DNA of 64,000 nt, taken from contig CAWFXA010000001.1 of assembly GCA_963819655.1 (NCBI GenBank), positions 128,001 to 192,000 of the forward strand. Direction: 5' to 3'. The notes under the pieces were generated by a model. That model was not told the origin of the DNA. It did not search any database and was given only the letters and a program-made list of their open reading frames with translations. The stretch is from an uncultured Chloroflexia bacterium (GTDB lineage Bacteria > Chloroflexota > Limnocylindria > Limnocylindrales > CSP1-4). Of this stretch, positions 1 to 9,747 are shown in pieces; position 1 is the first letter of the stretch; every line of letters starts with the position of its first letter. The translations under genes and the position numbers were made by a program.

Positions 1-707
1 TCGCCGTCGCCGACGAACGCCCAGACCCGGGACGCGCTCGTGTCGAGGAGGCCGCGGTTCTGCAGATAGCGGTTGAACCGGGCCTGGTAGATCGCGCTGA
101 TCGGGCCGAGGCCCATCGAGACCGTCGGGTACTCCCAGAAGTCGGGCATGAGTCGCGGGTGCGGGTACGAGCTCAGACCCTGGCCGGGCTTGCCCTCGCG
201 GCGGAAGTGGTCGAGCTGGTCCTCCGTGAGGCGACCCTCCAGGAAGGCTCTTGCGTAGATCCCCGGCGCGGCGTGGCCCTGGTAGAAGATCTGGTCGCCC
301 GGGCCGTCGTCCTTTCCCCGGAAGAAGTGGTTGAACCCGACCTCGTAGAGGCTGGCCGAGCTCGCGTACGTCGACAGGTGGCCACCGATCCCGGGGAACC
401 GGTTGTTCGCCCGCAGGACCATGGCGACGGCGTTCCAGCGGACGATCCGCCTGATGCGCAGCTCCATCGCCTCGTCGCCGGGGAACGCCGGCTCCTGCTC
501 GGGGCTGATCGTGTTGATGTAGCGCGTCTGCGTCAGCGGTGGCAGGCCGATCTGCAGCTGGCGAGCGCGCTTGAGCAGCTTGTAGACGAGGAACCGGGCG
601 CGCGTCTCCCCGGCCTGCTCGACGACCTGGTCGAGCGACGACATCCAGTCCTCGGTCTCCTCGGGGTCGATGTCGGGCAGCTGGTGCTTGAACTCGTCGA
701 AGTACAT
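1..707 (-). CDS. aceE: Pyruvate dehydrogenase E1 component, homodimeric type (5' part; runs off window start)
   Basis: Manual translation from ATG at 707: [21 protein letters not shown]...YINTI...[22 protein letters not shown]...[18 protein letters not shown]...[25 protein letters not shown], typical AceE motifs. Confidence 0.95.
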   Translation of the reverse strand, partial: MYFDEFKHQLPDIDPEETEDWMSSLDQVVEQAGETRARFLVYKLLKRARQLQIGLPPLTQTRYINTISPEQEPAFPGDEAMELRIRRIVRWNAVAMVLRANNRFPGIGGHLSTYASSASLYEVGFNHFFRGKDDGPGDQIFYQGHAAPGIYARAFLEGRLTEDQLDHFRREGKPGQGLSSYPHPRLMPDFWEYPTVSMGLGPISAIYQARFNRYLQNRGLLDTSASRVWAFVGDG

Positions 708-779
708 GGTCGTGCCTATCGTAGGGCGGACGGGCGCGAAGCGAAGGTTGCGAGTCAGGGGCGGTGGATAAGCGGTCGA

Positions 780-1145
780 TCAGGCGCCCTCGACGCGGAG
801 CGTCGTGCCCAGGATCTCGTCGCGCACCATCGATGTGGCGGCGGGGTCACCGCCGTACTTTCGCAAGAGCGCCGCGGAGGCTCGAGCGACGGAGTCGGGG
901 TCCGTCGCAGCGATGGCCCTGGCCGGCAGGCGCTCCTTTCCGATCTTCACGGCGACCTCAGGGTTCGCGCCGGCTTCGCGGTACCAGCGCGCACCCGCGC
1001 CGCGCCACGACCGGACGAATACATCGGGGCCGTCGACCACGGCCCAGATGATCGTGCTGTGGACAGGCCCGCCCGGCTTGGACGTCTCGATCCTGATCGT
1101 CTTGGCGCGGTCGATGCGGTCCAGGGCGTCTTGGCTGAACGGCAT
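780..1145 (-). CDS. DUF2255 / split-barrel (PNPOx-like) family protein
   Basis: IRIETSKPGG...TIIWAVVDGPDVFVRSWRGAGARWYR pattern; TACCCT -10-like box 6 nt upstream of ATG. Confidence 0.7.
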   Translation of the reverse strand: MPFSQDALDRIDRAKTIRIETSKPGGPVHSTIIWAVVDGPDVFVRSWRGAGARWYREAGANPEVAVKIGKERLPARAIAATDPDSVARASAALLRKYGGDPAATSMVRDEILGTTLRVEGA

Positions 1146-1631
1146 GGGGCTAGGGTAGCCGTCTCGGGCCCTGTCGATGCCTTCCGCCCGAAACGATGGC
1201 TGGCAGCGATCGAAATCGGCTCGAAGGCGCGCACGACACCGTGCTGAGCGTCGTTCCGAATCGTTCGCTCACAGCGATCGATCCAGGCCGGAGCCCGCAG
1301 CGCGGCACTCCCACGTCATGCACCTGGGGCATACGGCCCGTTCCCGCACCCGGCGCGGAGCTGGCCGACTTGCTGGTATTCGCCCGGCGCATGACGCGGG
1401 AGTGGTCCCACCCGCGGTCGGCGACGCTTGACCCGCCCGGTGCGCAGACGCACCGCCGCAGCCTTCGGAAGGACCGTGCCCTGTAATGCCGATGAAACGG
1501 TTCTGCAATGTCGGGGCGCCACGGGCGGCAGGGTGACCCGGGGATGCTGGAAGCCCAGCCACTTGGAGGTGCCTCGGCTGACGTGTCGGACGATGTCCGG
1601 CACCATTGATACTTGAATCAGGAGGTGCCGA

Positions 1632-2387
1632 GTGAGTACGCAACCACTCGTGCTCGTCGCCGACGACGAGCCTCGGATCACGAAGCTCGTCTCGATCGCC
1701 CTCGGTGAGGAGGGGTTCCGCGTCGTGACCGCCAATGGCGGTGAGGACGCTCTCCAGAAAGCCGAGGAGGTCCGACCGGACATCGTCCTGCTCGACATCG
1801 TCATGCCGGACCTCGACGGCATCGAGGTCATGCGCCAGCTGCGCGAGCGGCGCCCGGTCGCGGTGATCCTGTTGACCGCCAAGGGCTCGACCGCCGACAA
1901 GGCCAAGGGCCTCGACCTCGGCGCCGACGACTACATCGCCAAGCCGTTCCACCCGGACGAGCTCGCGGCGCGCGTCCGCGCGGTCCTGCGACGCTCCTCG
2001 GGTGCAAGCCCGGGCTCCGGCGTCCTCGCGTTCGACGACATCGAGATCGACCTCGAACGACGGATGGTCACCCGGAACGGGGAGCTGGTCCAGCTCTCGC
2101 GGACGGAATGGCTCCTGCTCCAGCACCTGGCGGCCAACGCCGGGAAGGTCGTTCTCCATACCGAGCTCCTGACCAAGGTCTGGGGACCGGAATACCGCGA
2201 CGACCTGCAGTACCTGCGGGTCTGGGTGTCGCGCGTCCGCCGCAAGCTGGGCGCTGAGCCCGGCGAGCCGGGCCGCATCAAGACGTTCCAGGGCATCGGC
2301 TACCTGCTCGATGTCCAGCCGCCGACGCCCCCCGAGACCGTCGCGCCTGAGCCCGAGAAGGACGAGGAGTCCGCGCTCATCGGCTAG
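1632..2387 (+). CDS. OmpR/KdpE-family response regulator
   Basis: Receiver motifs (VADDE, LLDIVMPDLDG, GADDYIAKPF) plus winged helix (LLTKVWGPEYRDDLQYLRVWVSRVRRKL); SD AGGAGG upstream. Confidence 0.93.
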   Translation: MSTQPLVLVADDEPRITKLVSIALGEEGFRVVTANGGEDALQKAEEVRPDIVLLDIVMPDLDGIEVMRQLRERRPVAVILLTAKGSTADKAKGLDLGADDYIAKPFHPDELAARVRAVLRRSSGASPGSGVLAFDDIEIDLERRMVTRNGELVQLSRTEWLLLQHLAANAGKVVLHTELLTKVWGPEYRDDLQYLRVWVSRVRRKLGAEPGEPGRIKTFQGIGYLLDVQPPTPPETVAPEPEKDEESALIG

Positions 2388-2396
2388 GCTTCGAAC

Positions 2397-3002
2397 GTGC
2401 AGCGCTATGACGCGGCGACGGCGCTCGTCGTCGTCGACGTGCAGAACGACTTCGTTGACCCGGCCGGCAGCCTGACGGTCAAGGGCGGCGACGCCGTCGT
2501 CCGGGTCATCAACCGCGAGATCGCGATGGCCTCATCCGCGGGCGCCCTCGTCGTCGCGACGCAGGACTGGCACCCGGAGTCGACTCCGCATTTCGCGAAG
2601 GACGGCGGCATCTGGCCGGTCCACTGTGTCGCCGACACGTGGGGCGCCCGCCTCCATCCCGACCTCAGCATCCCCGACGACGCACCGCGCGTCCACAAGG
2701 GAGCGAACGGCGAGGACGGCTACTCCGGCTTCACGATGCGCGACCCCACGTCTGGGGAGGAGACGCCGACCGAGCTCGACGGACTGCTCCGCCAACGCGG
2801 GACGAAACACGTCGTCGTCGTCGGCCTCGCGACCGATTACTGTGTCTCGGCGACCGCTCTCGATGCAGCGCGGCTCGGCTACACCACGGCCGTCCTGACC
2901 GACGCGATCGCCGTAGTGGACCTGCAGCCGGGCGACGGCGAGCGAGCACTCGAGGCCATGCGCGACGCGGGCGTCGCGATGTGGCAGACGCGGATGCGCT
3001 GA
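2397..3002 (+). CDS. pncA: Nicotinamidase/pyrazinamidase (isochorismatase family)
   Basis: VVDVQNDF, QDWHP, WPVHCV, GLATDYCV motifs. Confidence 0.9.
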   Translation: MQRYDAATALVVVDVQNDFVDPAGSLTVKGGDAVVRVINREIAMASSAGALVVATQDWHPESTPHFAKDGGIWPVHCVADTWGARLHPDLSIPDDAPRVHKGANGEDGYSGFTMRDPTSGEETPTELDGLLRQRGTKHVVVVGLATDYCVSATALDAARLGYTTAVLTDAIAVVDLQPGDGERALEAMRDAGVAMWQTRMR

Positions 3003-3010
3003 CCGCGCGC

Positions 3011-3916
3011 GTGCAGCTTCACCTCGTCGACGCGACCTACGAGCTGTTCCGCGCGCATTACGCGCCTCGGCCGCCTGTCCTCGGCCGGGATGGCGTGGTG
3101 CTCTCGGGCGTTTCGGGCCTGTGCGATCAGCTGCTCTATCTCCTCCGGGAGGAGGGCGCGACGCACGTCGGCGCTGCGACCGACCGCGTGATCGAGTCGT
3201 TCCGCAACGACCTGTTCCCTGGCTACAAGTCGTCGGCTGGGATGCCGCGGGAGCTCCTGGCGCAGTTCCCCATCGCCGAGGCGGCCGTCGAGGCACTCGG
3301 GATCGTCCTCTGGCCGATGGTCGAGTACGAGGCGGACGACGCGATCGCCGCTGCGGCGCTTCGATTCGTCGATGACCCGCGGGTCGAGAAGATCATCGTG
3401 TGCACCCCGGACAAGGACATGGCACAGCTCGTCCGCGACGAGCGGATCGTGCTGTGGGACCGCCGCCGCGGGCTGACCTACGACGACGCCGGGGTGCGCG
3501 CGAAATGGGGTGTGCCGCCCACCTCGATCCCTGACTGGCTCGCGGTCGTCGGCGACTCGTCCGACGGCTACCCGGGCATCCCGGGCTGGGGCGCGAAGGG
3601 AGCTGCAGCGGTACTGTCAGCGTACGGCCATCTTGGGGACATCCCGGAACGTGCCTCGGCCTGGGAGGTCCCGGGCGTCAGCGGCGGGCGTGCGATGACC
3701 TTGGCAGCATCGTTGCGCGACCACATGGCCGAGGCGCTCCTCTACCGCGACCTCGCCCGACTCCGGACGGCGGAGGACGGCGTCCCGATCCGTCAGAAGG
3801 ATCCCGATGAGTTGCGCTGGGACGGCGCACCGCGGGACACCTGGGAAGCGTTCTGCGAGGAATGGGGCCTGGACAGACTCCGGACCCGTCCGCACCGCTG
3901 GCTGGACGAGTCCTAG
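3011..3916 (+). CDS. Stand-alone 5'-3' exonuclease / flap endonuclease
   Basis: GTG 3011; LHLVDATYELFRA, FRNDLFPGYK, EYEADDAIA, TPDKDMAQL, H3TH motif VGDSSDGYPGIPGWGAK. Confidence 0.9.
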   Translation: MQLHLVDATYELFRAHYAPRPPVLGRDGVVLSGVSGLCDQLLYLLREEGATHVGAATDRVIESFRNDLFPGYKSSAGMPRELLAQFPIAEAAVEALGIVLWPMVEYEADDAIAAAALRFVDDPRVEKIIVCTPDKDMAQLVRDERIVLWDRRRGLTYDDAGVRAKWGVPPTSIPDWLAVVGDSSDGYPGIPGWGAKGAAAVLSAYGHLGDIPERASAWEVPGVSGGRAMTLAASLRDHMAEALLYRDLARLRTAEDGVPIRQKDPDELRWDGAPRDTWEAFCEEWGLDRLRTRPHRWLDES

Positions 3917-3939
3917 CGGCTCGCGGCCGGGCCGCGCCT

Positions 3940-4764
3940 CTACCTGACGAGGTCGAGGAGCGTGGCGTGATGCGGCTCCGGTGCCGCCAGCACGCCGATC
4001 GACTTCGGGGCGTGCGCGAAATCGAACCACGGGCCGCCGTCCATCGCCGACACCCTGGCCCCTCCCCGCTCGGCGATGAGCCCGGCCGCAGCGACATCCC
4101 ACGCCGAGAGGCCACCCTGCTGGATGAACGCGTCGAACCGCCCGTTCGCCACGTACGCCAGCGCGAGCGCGGCCGATCCCATGTTGCGCGAGATTCGGAT
4201 GACCTTGCGGACGTTCCGGCTGCGGCCCACGGCCGATCGCCCGCTGAGGGCCATCGAGATCACGTAGTCCGACAGGCGCTCCTTGTCCGACGCCGTGATC
4301 GCGTGGCTCGGCGTGCCCAGGGTCGACATCAACATCGCCGGGCCGTCGCTCGAGGCCGCAAACGTCTCGGAGCGCGTTGGGTCATGGACGACACCGACGG
4401 TCGGCTGGCCGTCGACCACGAGCCCGATCGACACGCAGAAGAACGGGATCCCGTTTGCGTAGTTCACGGTGCCGTCCAGCGGATCGACGATCCACACGCG
4501 CCCGCGCCCCGAGGTCGGCGCCTCCCCTGCGACGGGATGATGCTCGCCGCTCTCCTCGGCCACGATCGCATCACCAGGGCGGTAGGCACGGATCGCGTCG
4601 AGGATCAGCTCTTCCGAGAGGTGATCCGCCTCGGTCACCACGTCCCGGGCGCTCTTGTAGTCGATGCGCTCGAGACGCTCGTAGCGGTCCATCAGGACCT
4701 CCCCGGCGCGGGCCGCGAGCGCAACCGCGAAGGCAAGGTCGTCGGCGCCCGCCTCCCTGCTCAC
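3940..4764 (-). CDS. Inositol monophosphatase family protein
   Basis: C-terminal part of ORF 3940..6750: DVVTEAD, AEESG, WIVDPLDGTVNY, WDVAAAGLI; GTG at 4764. Confidence 0.9.
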   Translation of the reverse strand: MSREAGADDLAFAVALAARAGEVLMDRYERLERIDYKSARDVVTEADHLSEELILDAIRAYRPGDAIVAEESGEHHPVAGEAPTSGRGRVWIVDPLDGTVNYANGIPFFCVSIGLVVDGQPTVGVVHDPTRSETFAASSDGPAMLMSTLGTPSHAITASDKERLSDYVISMALSGRSAVGRSRNVRKVIRISRNMGSAALALAYVANGRFDAFIQQGGLSAWDVAAAGLIAERGGARVSAMDGGPWFDFAHAPKSIGVLAAPEPHHATLLDLVR

Positions 4765-5256
4765 GGGGTCCGGCACGTCGATCCGGAGATCGCCAGGCTG
4801 CGTCCCAAGCTCGGTGACGACCGTCGCAAACGTCCGCGTCTCGTGCGACTCGAGCCGCGGGCTGATGACGAATGCGGCCGCGCCCGTGCCCCGGTCCCCC
4901 GCCCTGCTGATACGGCAGTTCGTCTGCCCGGCCGAATCGCCCTCGTTGGTGACGGTCATCGTGACCGTCAGCCCATCACCGGCCGCCGCGACACCGTCGA
5001 CCGTGGCGGGGAATGGCCCGATCCCGGCGACCGACAACCGGGCGGCGACCGCCAGCAGGACGATCGCCACCACGACCGCGATGAACACCGAGCCGTGGAC
5101 CTGGCCCGACGCCACGTCGCGCAGACCCAGCGGGTTGCACTCCTCGCACAGGCCGATCCCCGGACCGACAGGCTTCCCGCATCGAGCGCATGGGTGCGTC
5201 GGCTCCGCGGGAGCGGGGAGGTTCGGCGCAGGCGTAGCGGACGTGGTCGGGGTCAC
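4761..5256 (-). CDS. Hypothetical single-pass membrane protein with N-terminal CxxC...CxxC zinc ribbon (3' end probably frameshifted)
   Basis: CARC...CEEC, TM segment VFIAVVVAIVLLAVAA, then a beta-rich domain. Removing one base near 4776 gives ...CRTP-stop overlapping the IMPase GTG (GTGA). Confidence 0.65.
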
Positions 5257-5288
5257 GCCTCGATGGTGCCACGAAACGGTCAGCGGCC

Positions 5289-6150
5289 CTACCAGCGGGC
5301 GACGGAATCGACGAGCGCGTCGACGTCCTCGGTCGAGCGGGCGGTGAGGATCGCCCCGTCCGCGCCCGCCTCGCGCCAGCGCTCCCAGGTGGCGCGCGGC
5401 TCCCTGATCCACGGCGAATCGATGACGACGCTCGCGTCCTTGTCCCAGCCGCCCTGGAACCCGACGATCACCGTCTGGTCGGCGCGACGCCGGCCACTCG
5501 CCTCGAGGGCATCGAGATACACGGGCAGGTTGTCCTCGAAGTTGTCGTCGAACGCGGTCCAGCCGTCGCCGATCCGCGCCGCCAGGGCGGCGCCGGCCCG
5601 CGTCTCCCCGCCGATGACGATCCGTCGGCGGTTCCGCGACCGGATGCGCATAGGCGTCGCGCAGCGGATAGAACGGCGAGTGCCGCGTCACCGGGCCGCC
5701 GGTCCACAGCGCGCGCATGACAGCGACCGCCTCCTCCAGTCGCGCGACGCGTTCGGGTGCCGCTGGGAAGTCGATGCCGTAGGCCTCATGTTCCCTGGGC
5801 GCGCCGCCGATCCCGATCCCGAGCACGAGCCGGCCACCGCTCGCGATGTGCAGCGTCGAGGCCATCCGGGCGACCACCGCCGGGTGGCGGTTCATCACGT
5901 TCATCACGAATGTCCCGACCGTGACGCGCGTCGTCTGCGCCGCAGCCATCGACAGGATCGTCCACGCCTCGACGACCGGCACGGTCCGATCGCCCTTGCC
6001 GATGAAGTGGTCCCAGCACCACACGCCGGCGAAGCCGGCCTCGTCAAGGCGCCGGGCGCTGCCGAGCCACCAGTCGGGCGTGGCCTGGATGGAGCGCAGG
6101 GAGACCCCGATCGGCAGTCGGTCCGGACCGCCCGCCTCGGGACCGCCCAT
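5289..6150 (-). CDS. LLM-class (luciferase-like) flavin/F420-dependent oxidoreductase, one frameshift near 5625
   Basis: AGFAGVWCWDHF, HPAVVARMASTL, GRLVLGIGIG in one frame; RIVIGGET...ARIGDGW in the adjacent frame (ORF 5289..5651). Confidence 0.85.
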
Positions 6151-6155
6151 CGTGC

Positions 6156-7004
6156 TCAGAGACCCGTCTCGAACAAGCGGACATCCTCGTCGGAGGCGGC
6201 GTGTCCGTCGCCTCGCGTCGGATCGAGCGCGTCGCGTGCCCCGAGCGCATCGAGGTCGGCCGGGAACCGCCCGATCAGGTCGAGCACGACCTTCTGGATC
6301 CGCTCGGCGTTCGCCTGGAACACCTCGAGGACACTTCGCGCGTCGACGGCTTCGGTGCCCTCGTGGACGCCCGCGTCGTAGTCGGTGATCAGGCTGATGT
6401 TGACGACCGCGATCCCGAGCTCGCGGCACAGCCACGCCTCGGGGTACTGGGTCATGTTGATGACCTCCCAGCCGGCATCGCTGAACCATTTCGACTCGGA
6501 CCTGGTCGAGAAGCGCGGTCCCTGGATCACGACGACCGTGCCGCGCTCGTGGACGTCGATGCCGTGGTCGCGGATAGTGTCGATCGCTAGCTGCCGCAGG
6601 ACGGGGTCGTAGGTCTCGGCCGACGAGAGGTGAGTCACGATCGGGCCGTCGTAGAAGGTGTCGGCACGACCGGTCGTCCGATCGACGAACTGGTCGCAGA
6701 CGACGAAATCGCCGGGCTTCACGTGGAGCGCTAGCGAGCCGGCCGCGCACGGCGAGATCGCCGCCTTCACGCCGAGCGACTTCATCGCCCAGACGTTGGC
6801 CCGGTAGTTGATTCGGTGCGGCGGGATCGTGTGGCGACGACCGTGGCGCGGCAGGAACGCGACCCGCCGCCCGCCGACGTCGGCCAGGAACAGTGAGTCC
6901 GACGGGGCGCCGTACGGGGTGTCGACCTTGATCTCGCGCACGTCATCGAGCAGCGAGTAGAACCCCGAGCCACCGAAGACGCCGATCTCCGCCGAATCCG
7001 CCAC
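6156..7004 (-). CDS. mtnP: S-methyl-5'-thioadenosine phosphorylase
   Basis: IGVFGGSGFY, TPYGAPSD, FLPRHG, INYRANVWA, QGPRFSTRSES, INMTQYPEA, ITDYD. Confidence 0.92.
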   Translation of the reverse strand: MADSAEIGVFGGSGFYSLLDDVREIKVDTPYGAPSDSLFLADVGGRRVAFLPRHGRRHTIPPHRINYRANVWAMKSLGVKAAISPCAAGSLALHVKPGDFVVCDQFVDRTTGRADTFYDGPIVTHLSSAETYDPVLRQLAIDTIRDHGIDVHERGTVVVIQGPRFSTRSESKWFSDAGWEVINMTQYPEAWLCRELGIAVVNISLITDYDAGVHEGTEAVDARSVLEVFQANAERIQKVVLDLIGRFPADLDALGARDALDPTRGDGHAASDEDVRLFETGL

Positions 7005-7117
7005 GCGTGTCCCTCCATCGATCACGGGTGCGCCTCTGTCGGACGCTCCCGACCAGTATGCCGGGCTACGATGGGCGGGCTACGGCCCGCAACCCGCAGC
7101 CGGAACGGAGTCCATCG

Positions 7118-7522
7118 ATGACCGGCAAGCCGACCGACCCGGACGACGCGAACCTCACGACGCCCTACGACCCACCGCCGCCGACGCCGGAGCCGGCGGA
7201 GACCCCGGCCCTGCCGCCGGAGACGCCGGAGACCCCGGCCCTGCCGCCGGAGACGCCGGACCCACCGCCCGCCGCACCCGCCCCGGACGCCTCGCCGGCT
7301 ACCGCGCCATCCCCCACGCCAAGGTGGCGCTCATACGGCAACGACGGCCGGACCGGCACGATCGTGTTCGGCGTGATCCTCGTCGCGATCGGTGTCTGGT
7401 TCTTCGGGGACCAGACGCTCGGGCTCGACATGCCGGAGCTCAGTTGGAGCGAGCTGTGGCCGATCCTGATCATCGGACTGGGCGCCTGGATCGTTCTGGG
7501 GTCACTGCGCCGAGACGCCTGA
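7118..7522 (+). CDS. Pro-rich membrane protein with C-terminal LiaF/DUF5668-like TM hairpin
   Basis: GVILVAIGVWFF...LWPILIIGLGAWIV; TGA overlaps the next ATG. Confidence 0.7.
   Translation: MTGKPTDPDDANLTTPYDPPPPTPEPAETPALPPETPETPALPPETPDPPPAAPAPDASPATAPSPTPRWRSYGNDGRTGTIVFGVILVAIGVWFFGDQTLGLDMPELSWSELWPILIIGLGAWIVLGSLRRDA
7198..7260 (+). repeat. 30-bp intragenic tandem duplication encoding ETPALPPETP x2
   Basis: ggagaccccggccctgccgccggagacgcc occurs twice in tandem. Confidence 0.9.
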
Positions 7523-8181
7523 TGGCCGACTGGACCATCGGCGACGGTTCGCTGCAGGATCGCCTCACGCTCGCAGACTGGCGGCGGAGGATCGCCACGC
7601 TCTACGTCGAGGTTCGCGCGATGGCAGCCAGCGACCCCGCGGTCGCTCTCGCGCACTGGCGGGCTGTCCGCGAATGGCTTTTTCGCGAGCATCGCCAGTC
7701 ACCGCTGCCCGCCGCCGAGCGGGCGGACTTCCGGGCCAGGCATTTCGACCACGACCCGCGCCTGCGGTTCGTCGTGCCGGTCGAGCCGGCGCCGGCTGTG
7801 GACCCTGGCTCACTCGCGCTCGAGCTGCCCAACAGCGGTTCCGACTCCCTCTCATTCCGGCGCGTCGGGGTCGTCCGGCTGCCGTTCCCGGACGGCGAGC
7901 AGCGCCTCTCGGTCTTCTGGCTTGCGGTCTACGCGGGTGGGCTGTTCATCCCGTTCCGCGACGCGACGAACGGCCACGAGACGTATGGCGCCGGTCGCTA
8001 CCTGATCGACGCGGCCAAGTCGGCCGATCTCGGAGCGGACGAGTCGACCGGCGACCTCGTCCTCGACTTCAACTTCGCCACCCAGCCGTCGTGCGCCTTC
8101 GATCCACTGTGGGCCTGCCCGCTTGCGCCGCCGGAGAACCACCTCGAAATCGAGGTTCGCGCCGGCGAGCGACTGACTTAG
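7522..8181 (+). CDS. DUF1684 family protein
   Basis: LADWRRRIATLY, LFIPFRDATNGHETYGAGRYL, LDFNFATQPSCAFDPLWACPLAPPEN, AGER. Confidence 0.88.
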   Translation: MADWTIGDGSLQDRLTLADWRRRIATLYVEVRAMAASDPAVALAHWRAVREWLFREHRQSPLPAAERADFRARHFDHDPRLRFVVPVEPAPAVDPGSLALELPNSGSDSLSFRRVGVVRLPFPDGEQRLSVFWLAVYAGGLFIPFRDATNGHETYGAGRYLIDAAKSADLGADESTGDLVLDFNFATQPSCAFDPLWACPLAPPENHLEIEVRAGERLT

Positions 8182-8355
8182 GCGATTTACCAAGGTACCG
8201 CCGCGCCCATGACCGACGGCTCCTGACGAAGTCAAGCTCCGGGCCCCGATGATGCGCTCGCTCGGCGTCGCCATCTCGGCGGCGCCGACGCCACGTCCGG
8301 CGACCTCGACAGGCCGCCTTCGCCGCCCGGCGTCCGCGCCGCGTACCATCGCCCG

Positions 8356-8796
8356 ATGACCGAGACCGCACCGAGCTTCGCGCTCGCCCCGCGCATTCGC
8401 GACTTCATCGCCGAGACGCGTTTCACGAGCATCGCGACGATCGATCCAGATGGCGGACCGCGGCAGGCCGTGGTCTGGTATCGACTCGATGGCGACGAGG
8501 TCGTGCTCAATAGCAAGGTCGGCCGGCGCTGGCCGGCGAACCTCCTGCGCGACCCGCGCATCAGCCTGACGATCGTCGATGCGAGCGACGGTTACCGCTG
8601 GGTCGGCCTGACCGGCGTGGTGACGGCCACCCGCGATCAGCCGACGGCCCAGGCAGACATCGCCGAGATGGCTCGCCGCTATCACGCCGACGACCCCGCA
8701 AAGGCGGAACGCCTCATCGCCGATCGCTTCGAGCGCCAGGAGCGGATCAGCTTCCGCGTACGCATCGACGCCGTCCACGATCACCTCGACGACTGA
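8356..8796 (+). CDS. PPOX-class F420-dependent oxidoreductase
   Basis: IATIDPDGGPRQAVVWY, NLLRDPRISL motifs; next to cof genes. Confidence 0.85.
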   Translation: MTETAPSFALAPRIRDFIAETRFTSIATIDPDGGPRQAVVWYRLDGDEVVLNSKVGRRWPANLLRDPRISLTIVDASDGYRWVGLTGVVTATRDQPTAQADIAEMARRYHADDPAKAERLIADRFERQERISFRVRIDAVHDHLDD

Positions 8797-8799
8797 CCG

Positions 8800-9744
8800 A
8801 TGTCATCGGACCCGATGCCGGTCAAGTTCGGACTCCAACTCTGGTCGCAACAGACCGACTGGGCCCCGTTTCGCGATACCGCGCTGGCGGCGGAGCGCAA
8901 CGGCTGGGACTCGGTGTGGACGTGGGACCACCTGCTGGCGATCTTCGGTCCGTGGGAGCAGCCGATCTTCGAAGGCTGGACCTCGCTCGCAGCCCTCGGT
9001 CCGATCACGGAGCGTGTGCGTCTGGGTCTGATGGTCGGGGCGAACACGTTCCGCAACCCGGGCCTGACCGCCAAGCTCGCCACGACCCTGGACCATGTCT
9101 CGGCCGGTCGCGCCGTGCTCGGCATCGGCGGCGCGTGGTTCGAGCGGGAGCACGACGCGTTCGGCATCGAATTCGGGGCGAGCCCCGGTGAGCGCCTCGG
9201 CTGGCTGGACGAGTCGGTCATGGTGATGCGCCGCCTGCTCGACGGCGAGCGATTCAGTCACGAGGGGCCGCATTACACGATGCGCGATGCCCTGTGCGAA
9301 CCCCGCCCGATCCAGGCCCATCTGCCGATCCTTATCGGTGGGAGCGGCCGGCAGAAGACCCTGCGGACGGTCGCCGAGCGAGCAGATGCCTGGAACACGT
9401 CGGGATCGCGCGAAGAGGTGGAGGACGCGCTCGAGACCCTCGAGCGCCATTGCGCGGATGTCGGGCGCGACCCGACGACGATCGAGAAGACCGTCAGCTT
9501 CCACATCATCCTGCGCGACGACGCGGCGGCAGCGGAGGCCCGAACCAGGGAGTTGCTCGGGGCGAACGGCGTCGAGATCGACGACTTCGGCGGCCACGTC
9601 GCGGGGACCCCCGAGCACGTGGCCGAGGTTCTCGAGCCCTACCGGGACCTTGGCTTCGAGACGTTCATCGTGCGGATGCCGGCGCCGTACGACCTCGAGA
9701 CCGTCGAACGGATGCGCGAGGTCGCCGAGATCCTGGCCCGATAG
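8800..9744 (+). CDS. LLM-class F420-dependent oxidoreductase
   Basis: GWDSVWTWDHL, FEGWTSLAAL, FRNPGLTAKLATTLDHVSAGR, ILIGGSG. Confidence 0.9.
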   Translation: MSSDPMPVKFGLQLWSQQTDWAPFRDTALAAERNGWDSVWTWDHLLAIFGPWEQPIFEGWTSLAALGPITERVRLGLMVGANTFRNPGLTAKLATTLDHVSAGRAVLGIGGAWFEREHDAFGIEFGASPGERLGWLDESVMVMRRLLDGERFSHEGPHYTMRDALCEPRPIQAHLPILIGGSGRQKTLRTVAERADAWNTSGSREEVEDALETLERHCADVGRDPTTIEKTVSFHIILRDDAAAAEARTRELLGANGVEIDDFGGHVAGTPEHVAEVLEPYRDLGFETFIVRMPAPYDLETVERMREVAEILAR

Positions 9745-9747
9745 CCA

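Noticed and set aside
3940-6750. 936-aa ORF suggesting an LLM-zinc ribbon-IMPase fusion
   Set aside because: It is a chimera of separate genes joined by frameshifts near 5625 and 4776; one-base corrections restore normal stops and a GTGA overlap
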